This document shows, piece after piece, positions 63,647 through 64,000 of a stretch of DNA of 64,000 nucleotides. The notes beneath the pieces are model-generated. The model saw only the letters and a program-made list of their open reading frames with translations. It made no database searches and was not told the DNA's origin. The translations under genes and the position numbers were made by a program. The stretch covers positions 32,586 through 96,585 of the forward strand of contig CALSCP010002679.1 of assembly GCA_943704425.1 (NCBI GenBank), given 5' to 3'. The number at the start of each line of letters is the position of its first letter. Within the stretch, counting starts at the first letter, position 1. The stretch is from Ministeria vibrans ATCC 50519. Lineage: Eukaryota; Protista; Filasterea.

Positions 63647-64000
63647 CTGCAGCGAGAGAGAAAGTGAGAAAGAGTGGAGTGTCGTTTAAGAAATGAGTTG
63701 TCTGTTGGCAGATTGCCCGTTTAGCGTGTCCCCTGTGAGCGCCAGAGACGAGGGTAGCAAACGGAGTATACTGGGGGCGCGGGGCGACAATGGCGTTTAT
63801 ATTGCGATGATGCGCTGTGGTGGGGTCGACGGATTCGAAGGGAAATTTCCACGCCAGACGAGGCACTTGGCGGGGCGTGTTCGCATGCACACGCACGCGA
63901 GCAAGGAGAGACACCCCCGGCCGTGGCGGGGGTCGCATGCGCGCGAGGAATGCGCTTGCGAGTGAGTCGTGTCGACGCAAATCGACCGACTTTTTTTTTT

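Noticed and set aside
63647-64000. ORFs at the right edge
   Set aside because: Most consistent with an ALIX intron; no recognisable protein.

Overview
Gene-dense, intron-containing eukaryotic DNA from a unicellular protist, probably Amorphea or holozoan-like (inference from ROCK-type kinase, class I PITP, adhesion GPCR, DNAJC30, USP37). Exons are GC-rich, introns are short GT-AG, (AAT)n/(GA)n/(CA)n microsatellites are common, and there is one 10-N gap. Intact or near-intact genes: DNAJC30-like, CNOT1, a ~7,000-aa secreted mosaic protein, a bacterial-type cupin/PMI-like enzyme, a small OB-fold protein, SLC25A26, tyrosine aminotransferase, an adhesion GPCR, USP37-like, a DENN-SBF2-C2 protein and ALIX (5' end outside the window). 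A cluster of 5'-truncated non-LTR retroelement relics lies at 11.76-13.5 kb. Two signals stand out. (1) At three sites the 5' exons of one conserved gene (PITP, SNU13, ROCK-like) run through an intron with a 22-32 nt A/T homopolymer into an unrelated gene (CNOT1, WDR11 3' end, TAT-SF1 3' end); splice phases are incompatible at the two sites where this can be tested. Homopolymer mis-assembly is most likely, but real gene fragmentation or trans-splicing cannot be excluded from sequence alone. (2) The giant protein has a beta-rich core split into pieces by Cys-rich and lectin-like inserts flanked by dibasic sites. All homology calls are from motif recognition, not database searches.
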